Shown here: positions 38,032-39,508 of the stretch, one piece after another | How the letters are laid out: each line of letters begins with the position of its first letter | Numbering within the stretch: position 1 is the stretch's first letter | The notes under the pieces: model-generated | Databases searched by the model: none | What the model was told of the DNA's origin: nothing | What the model saw: only the letters and a program-made list of their open reading frames with translations | Sequence record: MN414250.1 | Reading direction: 5' to 3' (one strand) | Length of the DNA: 39,508 nt | Origin: Escherichia phage RDN8.1 | Made by a program: the position numbers and the translations under genes

Positions 38032-39508
38032 GAAAACACCTGCTGAAAGACAGGCTGAAATGACCCAAAGGATGAGGGACGACTTCGTGTTCTTCATCTT
38101 TGTTCTCTGGAAAGCGCTGAGCCTTCCGGTTCCAACTAGATGTCAGATAGATATGTGTAAGAAGCTGGCTGCTGGCGATAACCGACGATTCATCCTTCAG
38201 GCGTTCCGAGGTATTGGCAAATCGTTTCTGACCTGTGGTTTCGTGGTCTGGAAATTATGGAACAACCCAGACTTAAAGTTCATGATTGTGTCGGCCTCAA
38301 AGGAGCGAGCCGATGCGAACTCCATCTTCATCAAGCGAATCATCGACCTAATGCCTCAGCTTCAGGAACTCAAACCTAAGCAGGGACAGCGAGATGCGGT
38401 TATCAGCTTCGACGTAGGGCCAGCCAAGCCAGACCACTCACCTTCGGTTAAGTCCGTTGGTATCACTGGTCAGTTGACTGGTAGTCGTGCTGACATCCTG
38501 ATTGCCGATGACGTGGAGGTTCCGAACAACTCAGCGACTCAGGCCGCACGAGACCGTCTGTCAGAGCTTGTGAAAGAGTTCGACGCTATTCTGAAGCCGG
38601 GAGGTACAATCATCTATCTGGGTACTCCTCAGAACGAGATGACTTTGTATCGTGAGCTGGAAGGCCGTGGGTACACCACTACTATCTGGCCTGCTCGTTA
38701 TCCACGCGACAGGAAGGACTGGCAGTCTTACGGCGACCGTCTGGCGCCGATGCTTCAGGCGGAGCTGGAAGAGGACCCTGAGTCCTTCTACTGGCGTCCG
38801 ACCGATGAAGTTCGATTCGACGATACTGACCTGAAGGAACGCGAGCTGTCCTACGGTAAAGCTGGCTTCGCTCTACAGTTCATGCTTAACCCGAACCTGA
38901 GTGATGCCGAGAAGTACCCTCTGAAGCTCCGTGACCTTATCGTAGCAGACTTGGACCCAGCGTCCAGCCCAATGGTCTACCAATGGTTGCCGAACCCTCA
39001 GAACAAGCGTGAGGACGTTCCTAACGTTGGACTCATGGGTGACTCATACCACACGTATCAGACTGTAGGTTCTGCCTTCAGTTCGTACACCCAGAAGATT
39101 CTGGTCATAGACCCTAGTGGTCGTGGCAAGGATGAAACTGGCTATGCGGTACTGTACCAACTCAACGGCTACATCTTCGCTATGGAAGTTGGCGGTATGC
39201 GTGGTGGTTATGAAGACTCTACGCTGGAAGCCTTGGCTAAGATTGGTCGTAAGTGGAAGGTCAACGAGTACGTCATTGAGGGTAACTTCGGTGATGGTAT
39301 GTACCTTGAGCTATTCAAGCCTGTAGCGGCCCGTATCCATCCTGCGGCTGTAACTGAAGTGAAGAGTAAGGGTCAGAAAGAACTCCGCATCTGTGACGTT
39401 CTGGAGCCTATCATGGGGTCTCACAGACTTATCGTTAACGCTGCTGCCATAGTACAAGACTACCAGTCGGCCTCTGATAAGGATGGTGTTCGTAACCCTA
39501 TCTACTCT
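38024..39508 (+). CDS. Large terminase subunit (T7 gp19 homologue), N-terminal part; runs off the window end and continues at 1..639
   Basis: ATG 38024 overlaps HNH stop; [13 protein letters not shown] (Walker A), [55 protein letters not shown] match recalled T7 gp19. Confidence 0.95.
   Translation, partial: MSKKTPAERQAEMTQRMRDDFVFFIFVLWKALSLPVPTRCQIDMCKKLAAGDNRRFILQAFRGIGKSFLTCGFVVWKLWNNPDLKFMIVSASKERADANSIFIKRIIDLMPQLQELKPKQGQRDAVISFDVGPAKPDHSPSVKSVGITGQLTGSRADILIADDVEVPNNSATQAARDRLSELVKEFDAILKPGGTIIYLGTPQNEMTLYRELEGRGYTTTIWPARYPRDRKDWQSYGDRLAPMLQAELEEDPESFYWRPTDEVRFDDTDLKERELSYGKAGFALQFMLNPNLSDAEKYPLKLRDLIVADLDPASSPMVYQWLPNPQNKREDVPNVGLMGDSYHTYQTVGSAFSSYTQKILVIDPSGRGKDETGYAVLYQLNGYIFAMEVGGMRGGYEDSTLEALAKIGRKWKVNEYVIEGNFGDGMYLELFKPVAARIHPAAVTEVKSKGQKELRICDVLEPIMGSHRLIVNAAAIVQDYQSASDKDGVRNPIYS
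39152..39508. repeat. Exact copy of window positions 1..357 (assembly / circular-permutation overlap inside the terminase gene)
   Basis: Direct comparison of both ends; reading frame preserved across the join. Confidence 0.95.

Noticed and set aside
39152-39508. Terminal 357-bp duplication as a biological direct terminal repeat
   Set aside because: It is coding sequence in the middle of the terminase gene; the real terminal repeat is expected near 1333..1523.

Overview
The window is a nearly complete T7-like podophage genome (Autographiviridae, T7 gene order), every convincing gene on the + strand. It is a circularly permuted assembly: bases 39152..39508 are an exact copy of 1..357, so the unique length is about 39,151 bp and the large terminase gene is cut by the window edge (N-terminal part 38024..39508, C-terminal part 1..639). 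Gene order follows T7: early region (two sigma70-type promoters, Ocr, small early ORFs), RNA polymerase, ligase, Gp2, SSB, endonuclease I, lysozyme, primase/helicase, DNA polymerase, exonuclease, portal, scaffold, capsid, tail tube, internal core proteins, tail fibre, holin, small terminase, Rz/Rz1, large terminase. Eleven copies of a phage promoter (consensus TAAACTATCACTATAGG) sit at the expected intergenic positions, with a T-phi-like terminator after the capsid gene and three RNase III-like sites. The most striking anomaly is the major capsid gene, which lacks about 73 codons relative to T7 gp10A and is split by a frameshift. Other departures from T7 are three HNH endonuclease ORFs, extra ORFs between conserved genes, a different gp16 N-terminal domain, a non-T7 tail-fibre C-terminal domain, and a 21-bp perfect inverted repeat in the gene 9 leader. 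No defence system, lysogeny module or RNA gene was found. All homology calls rest on recalled T7 sequences, not on a database search.
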